DNA of 64,000 nt from Thermoplasmata archaeon (lineage in GTDB: Archaea > Thermoplasmatota > Thermoplasmata > Lutacidiplasmatales > UBA184): the NCBI GenBank assembly GCA_035297105.1, contig DATGZO010000007.1, positions 18,593 to 82,592 on the forward strand, given 5' to 3'. The translations under genes were made by a program, and so were the position numbers. Below are positions 9,063-18,617 of the stretch, one piece after another; position 1 is the stretch's first letter, and each line of letters begins with the position of its first letter. Under the pieces are notes generated by a model that was given only the letters and a program-made list of their open reading frames with translations, was not told the origin of the DNA and made no database searches.

Positions 9063-10192
9063 AAGAGGCGGGGTACGAGATCGCGGTCTTCCCGGGAGAC
9101 GGGACCGGCCCCGAAGTGGTCCGCGAGGGGCTCAAGGTGCTCGCGGCGCTCGCCGAAGGCGGGCCAGCCCCGTGGCACGCCACCCCGTATCCGGGGGGCG
9201 GGCAGTACTACCTCCAGTCCGGGCGGGAGTGGGAGCCGGAGGGAGCGGCCGCGGCGCAGCGAGCCGACGCGATCCTTCTCGGCGCGGTGGGGTGGCCCGG
9301 CGCGACGTTGCCCAACGGGGACATCGCTGGGCGTGCCCTCGTCCTGGGGCTTCGCGAAGGTCTCGACCTCTACGCCAACGTTCGTCCGTGCCGCCTCTAT
9401 CCGGGCGTCAAGCACCGGATCAGCGGCGCCTTCCGGGAGGTCTGGTCTCCCCAGCATGTCGACATGGTCATCGTCCGGGAGAACACGGAGGGGCTCTACA
9501 CACCGGCTCGCGGCCGCCTCCGTCGGGGAGGCGACACCGAGGTCGTGATCGATACCCGCGTCATCACCCGCAAGGGAGCCGAGCGGGTGATCCGATACGC
9601 CTTCGAGCTCGCCCGCCACCGTAACCGAGGGGCCCCGGAGGACGGGGTCAAGCGCGTGACCTGCGTGGACAAGGCGAACGTCCTCGAAGGATGCCGATTC
9701 TTCCGCGAGGTCTTCGAGCAGGTCGGAAAGGAGTACGCGGAGATCGACCGGGAGTTCGCGTACGTCGATGCCTTCACCCAGTGGCTGGTCCGGAACCCCG
9801 AGCATTACAACGTCGCCGTGGCGACGAACATGATGGGCGACATCATCACCGATCTCGCCGCGGTCCTCCAGGGAGGGATGGGCTTCGCGGCGGGCGGGAA
9901 CGTCGGCACCGATCACGCGATGTTCGAGCCGGTCCACGGGTCGGCGCCCAAGTATGCGGGGAAGAACCAGGTAAATCCGTTCGCGACCTTCTTCGCGGTC
10001 GAGCAGATGCTCCGCTGGCTCGCGACCCGCCATTCCGATGCTCGACTGGGACGCCAGGCCGACCGGTTGGAGCAGGCGCTGGCCGGCGTCCTCGCCCACG
10101 GGGGAGCCGGTACGTACGACCAGGGGGGAACTGCGACCACGAGCGAAGCGGGCGACCGGGTCGCCGCCGCGGTCCGGGGGATCCCGGCATGA
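9059..10192 (+). CDS. Isopropylmalate / homoisocitrate / tartrate dehydrogenase family (beta-decarboxylating dehydrogenase)
   Basis: The N-terminus YEIAVFPGDGTGPEV and the motifs LYANVRPC, IVRENTEGLY and NMMGDIITD mark the family. The ATGA overlap with the leuD stop sets the start at 9059, inside the listed ORF 8726..10192. Confidence 0.85.
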   Translation: MKEAGYEIAVFPGDGTGPEVVREGLKVLAALAEGGPAPWHATPYPGGGQYYLQSGREWEPEGAAAAQRADAILLGAVGWPGATLPNGDIAGRALVLGLREGLDLYANVRPCRLYPGVKHRISGAFREVWSPQHVDMVIVRENTEGLYTPARGRLRRGGDTEVVIDTRVITRKGAERVIRYAFELARHRNRGAPEDGVKRVTCVDKANVLEGCRFFREVFEQVGKEYAEIDREFAYVDAFTQWLVRNPEHYNVAVATNMMGDIITDLAAVLQGGMGFAAGGNVGTDHAMFEPVHGSAPKYAGKNQVNPFATFFAVEQMLRWLATRHSDARLGRQADRLEQALAGVLAHGGAGTYDQGGTATTSEAGDRVAAAVRGIPA

Positions 10193-11370
10193 ACGTCCGC
10201 CCTGTCGCCCTGGTGGGAGGAGCGACGACGCCCTTTGGGGTGCGGGCCGCCACCTGGCCCGAGCTCGCCCAGGAGGTCGGGGCGGCCCTGTTCCGGGCGG
10301 TGCCCGCGCTTCGTTCGGAGGACGTCGATTCCCTGTTCGTGGGCGCAGCCGAGCCCGAACGGTTCGCCTTCCAATCGCACGTTGCCCCGCTCGCCGCGGA
10401 GCAGATGGGGCTACGACCGACCCGGATCCTCCAGCGGACCGAGCTCGCCTGCGCGTCGGGACAGTCGGCCATCCGTTCCGCCTACGCGGCGATCGCCGCC
10501 GGGTTGTCGGACATCGCGGTCGCGGTCGGGGTGGAGAAGATGAACCTCCCGTCCATGGCCGAGGCGAACACGGCGATGGCCTGCGTCATGGACCGACCCT
10601 GGGACGGGCCCCACGGCGCGACAGCGCCCCCGTTCTTCGCGATGGTCGCGCAGCGCCACCAGCTCGAGTACGGTACGACCGAGGACCAGATGGCCGCGGT
10701 CAGCGAGAAGAACCATCGGTTCGCGAACTCGAACCCGACCGCTCAGTTCCACGCGAAGACCTTCTCGCGGGAGAAGCTCCGTCGGCTGCCCATCGTGGCC
10801 CCCCCGCTCCGTCTCGGGGACTGCTCGTCGATGACCGACGGCGCGGCCGCGGTCGTGCTGGTCGCCGAGGAGTTCTCGAAGCGCTACACCGACACGCCCG
10901 CCTGGATCCGTGGGACCGGTCAGTATTCGAACTTCCACAACCTCGCCAACGCAGGGTCGCTGACCGACTGGGTCGGGCTCCGCCACGCCGCCCGAGAGGC
11001 GTTCGGTCGCGCGAAGATCACCCCCGACGACATCGACTTCGCCGAGGTGCACGACTGCTTCACGATCTCGGAGATCATCGAGTACGAGATGTTCGGCTGG
11101 TGCCCCCGGGGCAAGGGAGGCGAGTTCGCCGCCGACGGCCAGGGCGACGTCGGGGGAAAGTTGGTGGTCAACCCGCGCGGCGGCCTGCTCGGGTGCGGCC
11201 ATCCGCTCGGCGCGACCGGGGTCGCGCAGGCCGTCGAGGTCGCGCAGCAGTTCAGTCACACGGTGCCGGCCGCCCGGGCGGTGCCGGACCCGGAATGGGC
11301 CCTCGTCCACAACCTCTCCGGCAGCGCCAACGTCCATTCCATCATGATCTACCAGGGAGGCGCGGCGTGA
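10189..11370 (+). CDS. Thiolase-like protein (archaeal acetoacetyl-CoA thiolase / SCP-x type)
   Basis: LACASGQSAIRSAY supplies the active-site Cys, and C-terminal GHPLGATG and HNLSGS motifs are present. The start is set by an ATGA overlap with the upstream stop. Confidence 0.85.
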   Translation: MNVRPVALVGGATTPFGVRAATWPELAQEVGAALFRAVPALRSEDVDSLFVGAAEPERFAFQSHVAPLAAEQMGLRPTRILQRTELACASGQSAIRSAYAAIAAGLSDIAVAVGVEKMNLPSMAEANTAMACVMDRPWDGPHGATAPPFFAMVAQRHQLEYGTTEDQMAAVSEKNHRFANSNPTAQFHAKTFSREKLRRLPIVAPPLRLGDCSSMTDGAAAVVLVAEEFSKRYTDTPAWIRGTGQYSNFHNLANAGSLTDWVGLRHAAREAFGRAKITPDDIDFAEVHDCFTISEIIEYEMFGWCPRGKGGEFAADGQGDVGGKLVVNPRGGLLGCGHPLGATGVAQAVEVAQQFSHTVPAARAVPDPEWALVHNLSGSANVHSIMIYQGGAA

Positions 11371-11903
11371 GCGCGGGAACACGACCGCGGCGGATCTCCA
11401 CCGCTCCGACCGCGCCCGGGTCGGAACCGACCCCCGCTCCACCGACTCCGGAACCGGCCCCGGTCCGGCCCCGTGAGAAGCGACCGTTCCTCCTCGATTT
11501 CTTCCCGCTCGAGACCGCCGACCAGACCCGCCTTTCCCCCTTCTTCGATCATCTCCGCGCGGGGAAGCTCACGACCACGCGGTGCCGGAAGGACCACAGC
11601 GTCCACTGGCCGCCGCGGACGGCCTGTCCCCAGTGCCATGCCGAGGAGCTCGACTGGGTCGACCTTCCCGACACCGGAACCATCTACGCCTTCAGCGCGG
11701 TCCTCGGCGGGGCCCCGCTCGGAATGGAGGACGAAGTGCCGTTCGCGGTCGGACTCGTCGACCTGGAGGGGGGGTCCCTCCGGCTGTTCGGTCGGATCGA
11801 GGGCCGACCCTGGACCGAGCTCCGAATCGGGCAGGCGGTCCGGGTCGAACCGTATGACGTGGGCGACGGCCGGTTCTTCTACCGGTTCCGGGTCGTCGAG
11901 TAA
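11367..11903 (+). CDS. DUF35 OB-fold/zinc-ribbon protein (thiolase partner)
   Basis: Zinc ribbon CRKDHSVHWPPRTACPQCH followed by an OB-fold-like C-terminus (GTIYAFSAV...VGLVDLEG...RLFGRI). The GTG start overlaps the thiolase stop (GTGA). Confidence 0.8.
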   Translation: MSAGTRPRRISTAPTAPGSEPTPAPPTPEPAPVRPREKRPFLLDFFPLETADQTRLSPFFDHLRAGKLTTTRCRKDHSVHWPPRTACPQCHAEELDWVDLPDTGTIYAFSAVLGGAPLGMEDEVPFAVGLVDLEGGSLRLFGRIEGRPWTELRIGQAVRVEPYDVGDGRFFYRFRVVE

Positions 11904-11925
11904 GGGTCCGCACGCCGTCCGGCCC

Positions 11926-11934
11926 TTCTGTTTT
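11926..11934 (+). terminator. Oligo-T tract (TTCTGTTTT) downstream of the six-gene cluster
   Basis: This is the only T-rich run between the DUF35 stop and the aglB promoter. Archaeal termination commonly uses oligo-T. Confidence 0.35.
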
Positions 11935-11960
11935 GGGACCGCGCTCCCTTCTCGGAGTAG

Positions 11961-11972
11961 CCTATTTATACA
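11961..11972 (+). promoter_or_regulatory. TATA-like box (CCTATTTATACA) upstream of aglB
   Basis: AT-rich element about 50 nt upstream of ATG 12018. A GAGGAG Shine-Dalgarno-like element sits at 12000-12005. Confidence 0.45.
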
Positions 11973-12017
11973 CCCCCCAAGTCTCGCGCCCGCCGGTTCG
12001 AGGAGAGCCGGGCTTAG

Positions 12018-15000
12018 ATGGAGTCGACTTCAGGGTGGTGGCACCGCAACGCCTGGACGCTCGCCGTCCTCCTCGCCGCGTTCGGCGCGGCGATCGCGGT
12101 CCGGACGATCTGGACCTACCCGATCGTCTCCCATTGGGGGGCGCTCTACACCTACGCGGGCGGCTCGGACTCGTACTACCACTCGCGCGTGATGCAGTAC
12201 ATCATCCTCACGCACACGAACCTCGTCCGCGACCCCTTGCTCAAGTTCCCGTTCGGGAGCATCAACCCTAGGGAGCCGCTCTTCGACTGGATGAACGCGG
12301 TGCTCGGGATCGTCTTCGCCCCGTTCTTCGGCGGGAACGCCGTCAACGCGGCCGCCTGGTTCTTGGACTTCCAGGGCCCGCTCTGGGCGGGACTGAGCGT
12401 GTTCCCGGTCTACCTGATCGGCAAGGAGGTCGGCTCTCGGCGGACGGGCCTCATCGCCGCGATGATCTTCCCCTTCATCCCGGCGAGCATCGATTCCTCG
12501 ATCTTCGGTTACGCGAACTACCTTTCGTTCTACACCTTCATCATCCTCGTCGTCGTCTACTCGTGGATCCGGACGGTCAAGGCGACCGGCACCCACCGCT
12601 ACGTGGGGAGCTACCGGCACCCCCGACAGATCCTCCAGGGCATCCGGAACTTCGTCCTGTACGAACGGACCTCCGTCAAATGGTCGGTGTTTACCGGGGT
12701 CGGCCTCGGCACCCTGGCGCTCGCCTGGCAAGGGTACACGTACGCCGTGGTCATCATCGCGTTCTCCGTCCTCATCCTCCTCATCGCCGAACGAATCCGA
12801 CGGGTCGATTCGTTCGGACTCTACGTTTCGGCATGGATCGTCGGGATCGTCGCCTTCCCGATGGCCGCCCCCTACTACATCGTCCAGGCGCAGTTCAACG
12901 TCTGGTTCGACCTGCCGCTGCTCCTGTACTTCGGGACGCTGCTCCTCCTCCTGCCGTTCCTGCTGATGCGCGACACGCCGTGGGTGGTCTCGATCCCCAG
13001 CCTCGTAGGGCTCGTCGTGCTCGCCGCGGTGGGCCTCGCGATCGTCAGCCCGGGCTACTTCACGACCATCGTGACCGGGCAGGGGTACTTCGTCAAGAAC
13101 CTGATCTACTCGACCGTCGCCGAGGCGCAGGCCCCGTCGATCGACGAGCTCGTGATCAGTTACGGGGTCATCACGTTCTTCGTCGCGTTCGTAGGGATCG
13201 CCCTCTTCGCCTACCAGCTGGGCCGGGGCCACTTCCCCCGTGCGATCGTCGTCTTCCTGGTGTTCGCGGTCCTCTCGGTCTATCTTCCGATCTCCGCCGC
13301 CAAGTTCTTCCTCTTGGGTTCGCCCGCCTTTGCGCTCCTCCCGGCCGAAGCGCTACGACGGGCTCTGGACGTCGCGGGCTTCCCCGAGCTTCGGCGGACC
13401 GTCGCCTCCCTCTCCGACACCCGGAGCAAGTTCGGGGCGTTCCGACGGGCGTTCAAGGTTCGCCACGTCCTGATCATGGCCCTCGTCGTCGGGCTGATTC
13501 TCCCGAACATCTGGATCTCGATCGACGCGGGCATTCCGGGGAATGACAAGAGTCAGCTCTCCGCCCAGGTCGGGGCGTCCCTCCCCGCGTGGCTCCAGCC
13601 CACGTCCGGCCCCCCGTCGTCGGTGTATTTCGGGGCGGCCGGGACGAGCCTCGACACCCCGGACCAATACGATAGCGCAGGGTACAACTGGCTCGCGACC
13701 CAGGATACGGCCCTCCCAGCTCCCAATCGACCCGCCTTCGTGAGCTGGTGGGACTACGGCTTCCAGGCCATCGATCAGGGACAGCACCCGAGCGTCGCCG
13801 ATAACTTCCAGAACGGAATCGACCCGGCCGGCCAGTTCCTGCTCTCCCAGAACGAATCGCTCGCCATCGGCGTGCTGGCGACCACCCTCCTGCAGGCCGA
13901 GCAGACGAAGAGCCTCTACCTCCCGCCGGCGCTCAACGCGATCCTCGCGGGGGACGGAATCAACGTCGCCCAACTCCACACCCTGCTCGTCAACAAGAGC
14001 GCGGACCTTCCGCTGGTCGAGAATCACCCCGAGAAGTACCTCCCCGTCAACCCGAGCACGCTCACGGCGGACAACGCGATGTACCTGGCCGTGTCGTACT
14101 TCCTCGCCGACTCCCTGCCCTTGAGCGGGGTCTCGCACCTCTACGACCAGATCCAGTCCTACACGGGGTGGACCATCCGCTACGCGATGTCGGACAGCCG
14201 CCTCATCCCGTTCTCCGGCCAGGACACCGGCATCTTCTACGCGCCGGCAGACCTCACGGGCCGGGTCATTGACGCGGCCGGTCTTCCGGGCTCGTTCTTC
14301 AACGTGACCGTCCTCGGCTCGGACGGCAACAGCTACCCGCTCGGCCAGGTCCCCGCCTCGGTGCAGCCGGTCAACTACACGATCAACTACTTCACGCCGT
14401 TCTACAGCTCGTTCATCTACCACACGTACTTCGGCTACAACGGCACGGAGATCGGACAGGGCGGCGGCATCCCGGGCCTCTCCTCCAACCTCGCGTCGTC
14501 CCAGGTCGAGCCCGGCTGGATGCTCCAGCACTTCGAGGTCGTCTACCGGACCGCCTACTACTGCCCGACCAAGTCGAACGACCAGAACGACTCGCACTGC
14601 CTGGCCGAGAACCTCCCGACGGCGCAGGCGAACGCGAAGTCCACCAACGGCTCGGTCGCGAACCTCTCCGCGATCCGGTACTTCCAGGGCGGCGAGTCGA
14701 TGCTGGAGTACTACCCCGGCCAGACCCTCCTGGGGGACGTCACGCTCCCCGACGGGACCCCGATATCGGGCGTGCGGGCGACCGTGCTCGACCAGTGGGG
14801 GATCCCGCACCAGACCACCTTCACCGCAAGGGACGGGTCCTTCTCCTTGGTCCTCCCGCCCGGCAACGACACGGTGAACATCACGACGGGCACGTTCCAG
14901 GGGCTCTCCCAACAGGGGAATATCCTGCTCCGCTCGATCCGGATCTACGTACCGGAGGCGACCGGCCTGAACCTCCAGGCGCCCAGCCTCGTCCGTGCGG

Positions 15001-18000
15001 TCACGATCGGCCAGTCGACCGTGAGCGGGGTGGTCTACTGGAACCTCGCGAACAACTCGACCTTCCTACCGGCCCGGGACCCGGTCATCCCCGGCGCCCA
15101 GGTCCTGCTCTGGGGACCGGACGGCCTAGCGACGCTCACGACGACCACCGACCTCGGGGGAACGTTCAACCTCCCCAACGTCGCGCCGGGCGTCTACAAC
15201 TACAGCGTCCTCTACGACGGCCACAACTACACCCAGACCAGCGTCTTCGTCCACGCGAACAGCGAGAACAACGCGTCCGCCGGCCTTTCGTCGGGGATCA
15301 TTCGAGGCGCGGTCACGCAGAACGGGGCCCCGGCGAACCGCTCCACGGTGGCGATCTCGAACGCGAGCGGCACGTTCGCGACGAACGGGACGAACGCCTC
15401 CGGCGACTTCGAGTTCCGAGGGCTCGGGCCCGGAAACTACACCGTCACCGCCTTCGGGTCGACCGGAGTCCGGTCGTCGGGCGTCCAGGTCCAGGTGCTC
15501 GCACCGGGCACCAGTGCGACCGTGCACCTCCTCCTGACCCCGACCGCCCAGCTCCAGTACGTCGTCGAAGCCGCCGGCGGGGGCATCGCCGGAATCCCGG
15601 TCCGTTTCGTCCCGCTCCCCAGTTATTCCAACTCCTCCGTCGCTCCGCTCGCATCGCTCGAGAGCCAGACGCAGAACGGGACGACCCTCGTCTCGGGCCC
15701 GAACGGGCTTGTCGTCGCGACCCTGCCGGTGGGCACGTACTCGGTCTACGCCCTCGGGTACGTCGGCTCCTCGCTGGAGGCGGCCCTCACGAGCGCCGCG
15801 GCCATCCCGGGTTACCTTCCCGGGCCCGTCGCGCTGCCGCTTCAGCCCGCTGCCACTCTCTCGGGCCACGTCGCGTACGTCGGCTCCCAATCGAACGGGA
15901 CGAAGACCGCGGTGCTCGTGTACGGAGCGGGCGAAGCCGAGACCACCGTCTGGGCGACCGTTGGGAACGCCTACTCCGTGATCCTGCCCGAGGGTATCTA
16001 CTCGGTCCTCGCGCTCGAGGGCCAGACGACCGTCCACAGCCCGCTCTACGCCGCCCTGGGCACGACCACGGTCCAGTACCCCACGAGCCTGGCCCTCTCC
16101 CCGTCGCCGGCGATCGAGAGCCGGTTCACGGTCGGCTCGGTGCTGCCGGGAGGCTCCTTCTTCTCCGCGCCCGCCGCGACGGTCTCGATCTCGGCCGGGC
16201 TCACCGGCCCGTCCATCGCGGAAGTGGCCGACGCGAACGGCAGCGTCGCGTACTTCCTCCCGACCACGCTGCCGCTGTCCGCGGGCTCGTACTGCGTGAA
16301 CGCGGGGTCCGCTGGATTCACCTCCGCCGCGAGCTGTGACTACACGCCCGCGGGGCTGGGGGCGCTCCAGCACTTCTCGCTCGCGCTGAACCTGGTGCCC
16401 GTCACCCTCCGCGTTCTCGGTCTGCCGCTCGGCACGCCGGTCACGATCAACCTGAGCGCGACGAGCCCGTCGGCGGAGACCCGAAACCTGACCGGGGGCC
16501 CGACGTTCACCTTCTCCACGACGCCCGGTAGCTATTCGCTCTCGGCCCGCGCGGTGATCGGGAACGGCACGGTCGTCTACCTCCCGTCCTCGATCCTCAC
16601 GACGACCATTCCGCTCGGGGCGACCAGCACGAGATTGACGCTCCTGCTGGTACCGGCCGTGAATGCGTCCGGCTCGCTCGTCCTACCGCCCGGGGGAACG
16701 GTGGCGAACGTGACCGTCTCGCTCGCCTCGCCGGTCCTGAACGTGACGGTCAACGGGACCGCCTACTCCTCGACGGGGATCCGGGTCGCCCCGGGGACGT
16801 ACTCGGCGCACGCGACCGTGTCGGTCGGGGGCACGACCTACAACAACCTCACGACGGTGAGCGTGAGCCCGAGCGGGGTCATCTCGCCCTCCCTCGTGAT
16901 CCGCGCGGCGGCCGTCTCCCTCGCGGGCTCGCTCCGGACCGCGATCGGGACGATCGTTCCGGCCAACACCACGGTCACCCTCACCGCCCCGGGTGGGGCC
17001 CGCCTCGTGGCGACCGCCACCGACGGCACGTTCTCCGCCACGCTACCGTCCCAGACGGTGTTCCAGGCCGCCGCGAACGTGACGCTCCTGGTGTCGGGAA
17101 CGAACGGGAGCCTCTACGAGACCTACACCTCGATGGCCGGCGCGTCGTGCACGACCGGCACGACCTCGGGGAGTTGCATCGTCAGCCTGTCCGGCGTGCC
17201 GAACCTCGTCTGGCTGAACGGCACCCTCAGCACCCCCGGCCAGCCGGGCCTCCTCGCCGGCTCGGTTCGGATCGTCGGACCCTTCCCCAGCACCAACGTC
17301 ACCATCGTCTCCACGTCCAACGGCAGCTTCTCGACCCTCGTCCTCCCCGGCGCTTACTCGCTCTATGCCACAGCGGGCGGGGGAGCGGGGCCGCTGGCGG
17401 CGCTGTCCCGGACGGTGGCCGGTCCGGGTCTCGCCCCGATCTCCCTCGTCCTGGCCCCCACGTGGAGCGTCGCGCTTAGGGTGACAGGACCGAACGGCAC
17501 CGTGGGCGGCCTCGGGCCCGCGACGGTCGTGCTCCAGGACGCGACGGGAACCCAATCCGTCTTCACCGGGGTCTCGATGGGGTCGACGATCTCGATCGCC
17601 CTCCCCATCGGAAAGTACTCGCTCCGCGCCTCCTCCAACGGGACCCCCTACGGCGTCACGACGACCGCGCTCTCGACCTCGACCTTCACGGTCTCGGACG
17701 GCAACCTCGCGGTCAACGTCTCGCTCGCCTACCAGTGGGCCCAGACCGTGAGCGCGTCCCTGGTCGGCCCGACGTCCGCCACCGTGGCCGCGACCGGCGG
17801 TACGGCGACCTTCCAGTTCGTCGTCCAGAACACGGGCAACCTGCCGGTCACCGTCCATGCCGTCGGGTCGCCGGACTTCTGGACCTTCGCCTTCTCGCAG
17901 GGTAACCTGACCCTGGCCCCCGCTCCCTCGGGAAGCCCGGTCACCGAGGAGGTGACGATCACGATCCCGTCGGGCACGCTCGTCGCGCATCCGAACGTCG

Positions 18001-18617
18001 TCCTCGAGTTGGTCACGTCAACCGGCGCCGTCGAGGGGACCGTCCTGCCCGCCCCGGCCGTCCAGGTCGTCGCGTCGTACGGTCTCCGCATGGGCCCGGC
18101 CGTCGGGGGCGGCGCGAAGGTCTTCTCGAACAGCACGCTCACGCCGTTCTACGTCGCCAACACGGGGAACACGTTCGAGGCCGTGAACCTCCAGATCGTC
18201 AACGCGCTGCGACTCAACGCCCTGGGCTGGAACTCGGAGATCCTGATCCACGGTATCGCCCCGCTCAAGAGCCCGCCCGTGCTTCCCGCGGGGGCGAACA
18301 CGACGTACTTCGTCAACTTGACCGCCATCGGGCCCATCTTCCTCGCGCCGTCCCCGGTCGAGATCTCGGGCTCCGTGCTCAACGCGAGCGGGTCGGTCTC
18401 CGCCTCGGCGACGGTGACCGCGCCCCGCGCGACCCTGTCCGCCTCGACCGCCGGTGGGCGGAGCGCGGTCATCGTGACGGGCCCGGGGATCGGTCCCGCA
18501 CCCTCCTCCTGGCCCACCTGGCTCATCCCGCTCCTGGTCTTCGTGCCCGCGATCGCGCTCGCGATCGGACTCGTCTCCTGGCGGTGGTGGCGGACCCGGA
18601 GGTGGACCCGCCGATGA
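12018..18617 (+). CDS. aglB: Archaeal oligosaccharyltransferase AglB (STT3 family) with a very long C-terminal extension of repeated beta-sandwich domains and a terminal TM anchor
   Basis: Multi-TM N-terminal region with GGSDSYYH (first DxD-type motif). The catalytic WWDYG motif (FVSWWDYGFQ) lies at about nt 13744-13760. From about nt 14730 onward there are repeated 'G(T/A/K/N)YS(V/L)xAxxxG' carboxypeptidase-regulatory-like modules and dozens of N-X-S/T sequons. It ends with the TM helix WLIPLLVFVPAIALAIGLVSW plus RRWWRTRRWTRR. Confidence 0.85.
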   Translation: MESTSGWWHRNAWTLAVLLAAFGAAIAVRTIWTYPIVSHWGALYTYAGGSDSYYHSRVMQYIILTHTNLVRDPLLKFPFGSINPREPLFDWMNAVLGIVFAPFFGGNAVNAAAWFLDFQGPLWAGLSVFPVYLIGKEVGSRRTGLIAAMIFPFIPASIDSSIFGYANYLSFYTFIILVVVYSWIRTVKATGTHRYVGSYRHPRQILQGIRNFVLYERTSVKWSVFTGVGLGTLALAWQGYTYAVVIIAFSVLILLIAERIRRVDSFGLYVSAWIVGIVAFPMAAPYYIVQAQFNVWFDLPLLLYFGTLLLLLPFLLMRDTPWVVSIPSLVGLVVLAAVGLAIVSPGYFTTIVTGQGYFVKNLIYSTVAEAQAPSIDELVISYGVITFFVAFVGIALFAYQLGRGHFPRAIVVFLVFAVLSVYLPISAAKFFLLGSPAFALLPAEALRRALDVAGFPELRRTVASLSDTRSKFGAFRRAFKVRHVLIMALVVGLILPNIWISIDAGIPGNDKSQLSAQVGASLPAWLQPTSGPPSSVYFGAAGTSLDTPDQYDSAGYNWLATQDTALPAPNRPAFVSWWDYGFQAIDQGQHPSVADNFQNGIDPAGQFLLSQNESLAIGVLATTLLQAEQTKSLYLPPALNAILAGDGINVAQLHTLLVNKSADLPLVENHPEKYLPVNPSTLTADNAMYLAVSYFLADSLPLSGVSHLYDQIQSYTGWTIRYAMSDSRLIPFSGQDTGIFYAPADLTGRVIDAAGLPGSFFNVTVLGSDGNSYPLGQVPASVQPVNYTINYFTPFYSSFIYHTYFGYNGTEIGQGGGIPGLSSNLASSQVEPGWMLQHFEVVYRTAYYCPTKSNDQNDSHCLAENLPTAQANAKSTNGSVANLSAIRYFQGGESMLEYYPGQTLLGDVTLPDGTPISGVRATVLDQWGIPHQTTFTARDGSFSLVLPPGNDTVNITTGTFQGLSQQGNILLRSIRIYVPEATGLNLQAPSLVRAVTIGQSTVSGVVYWNLANNSTFLPARDPVIPGAQVLLWGPDGLATLTTTTDLGGTFNLPNVAPGVYNYSVLYDGHNYTQTSVFVHANSENNASAGLSSGIIRGAVTQNGAPANRSTVAISNASGTFATNGTNASGDFEFRGLGPGNYTVTAFGSTGVRSSGVQVQVLAPGTSATVHLLLTPTAQLQYVVEAAGGGIAGIPVRFVPLPSYSNSSVAPLASLESQTQNGTTLVSGPNGLVVATLPVGTYSVYALGYVGSSLEAALTSAAAIPGYLPGPVALPLQPAATLSGHVAYVGSQSNGTKTAVLVYGAGEAETTVWATVGNAYSVILPEGIYSVLALEGQTTVHSPLYAALGTTTVQYPTSLALSPSPAIESRFTVGSVLPGGSFFSAPAATVSISAGLTGPSIAEVADANGSVAYFLPTTLPLSAGSYCVNAGSAGFTSAASCDYTPAGLGALQHFSLALNLVPVTLRVLGLPLGTPVTINLSATSPSAETRNLTGGPTFTFSTTPGSYSLSARAVIGNGTVVYLPSSILTTTIPLGATSTRLTLLLVPAVNASGSLVLPPGGTVANVTVSLASPVLNVTVNGTAYSSTGIRVAPGTYSAHATVSVGGTTYNNLTTVSVSPSGVISPSLVIRAAAVSLAGSLRTAIGTIVPANTTVTLTAPGGARLVATATDGTFSATLPSQTVFQAAANVTLLVSGTNGSLYETYTSMAGASCTTGTTSGSCIVSLSGVPNLVWLNGTLSTPGQPGLLAGSVRIVGPFPSTNVTIVSTSNGSFSTLVLPGAYSLYATAGGGAGPLAALSRTVAGPGLAPISLVLAPTWSVALRVTGPNGTVGGLGPATVVLQDATGTQSVFTGVSMGSTISIALPIGKYSLRASSNGTPYGVTTTALSTSTFTVSDGNLAVNVSLAYQWAQTVSASLVGPTSATVAATGGTATFQFVVQNTGNLPVTVHAVGSPDFWTFAFSQGNLTLAPAPSGSPVTEEVTITIPSGTLVAHPNVVLELVTSTGAVEGTVLPAPAVQVVASYGLRMGPAVGGGAKVFSNSTLTPFYVANTGNTFEAVNLQIVNALRLNALGWNSEILIHGIAPLKSPPVLPAGANTTYFVNLTAIGPIFLAPSPVEISGSVLNASGSVSASATVTAPRATLSASTAGGRSAVIVTGPGIGPAPSSWPTWLIPLLVFVPAIALAIGLVSWRWWRTRRWTRR

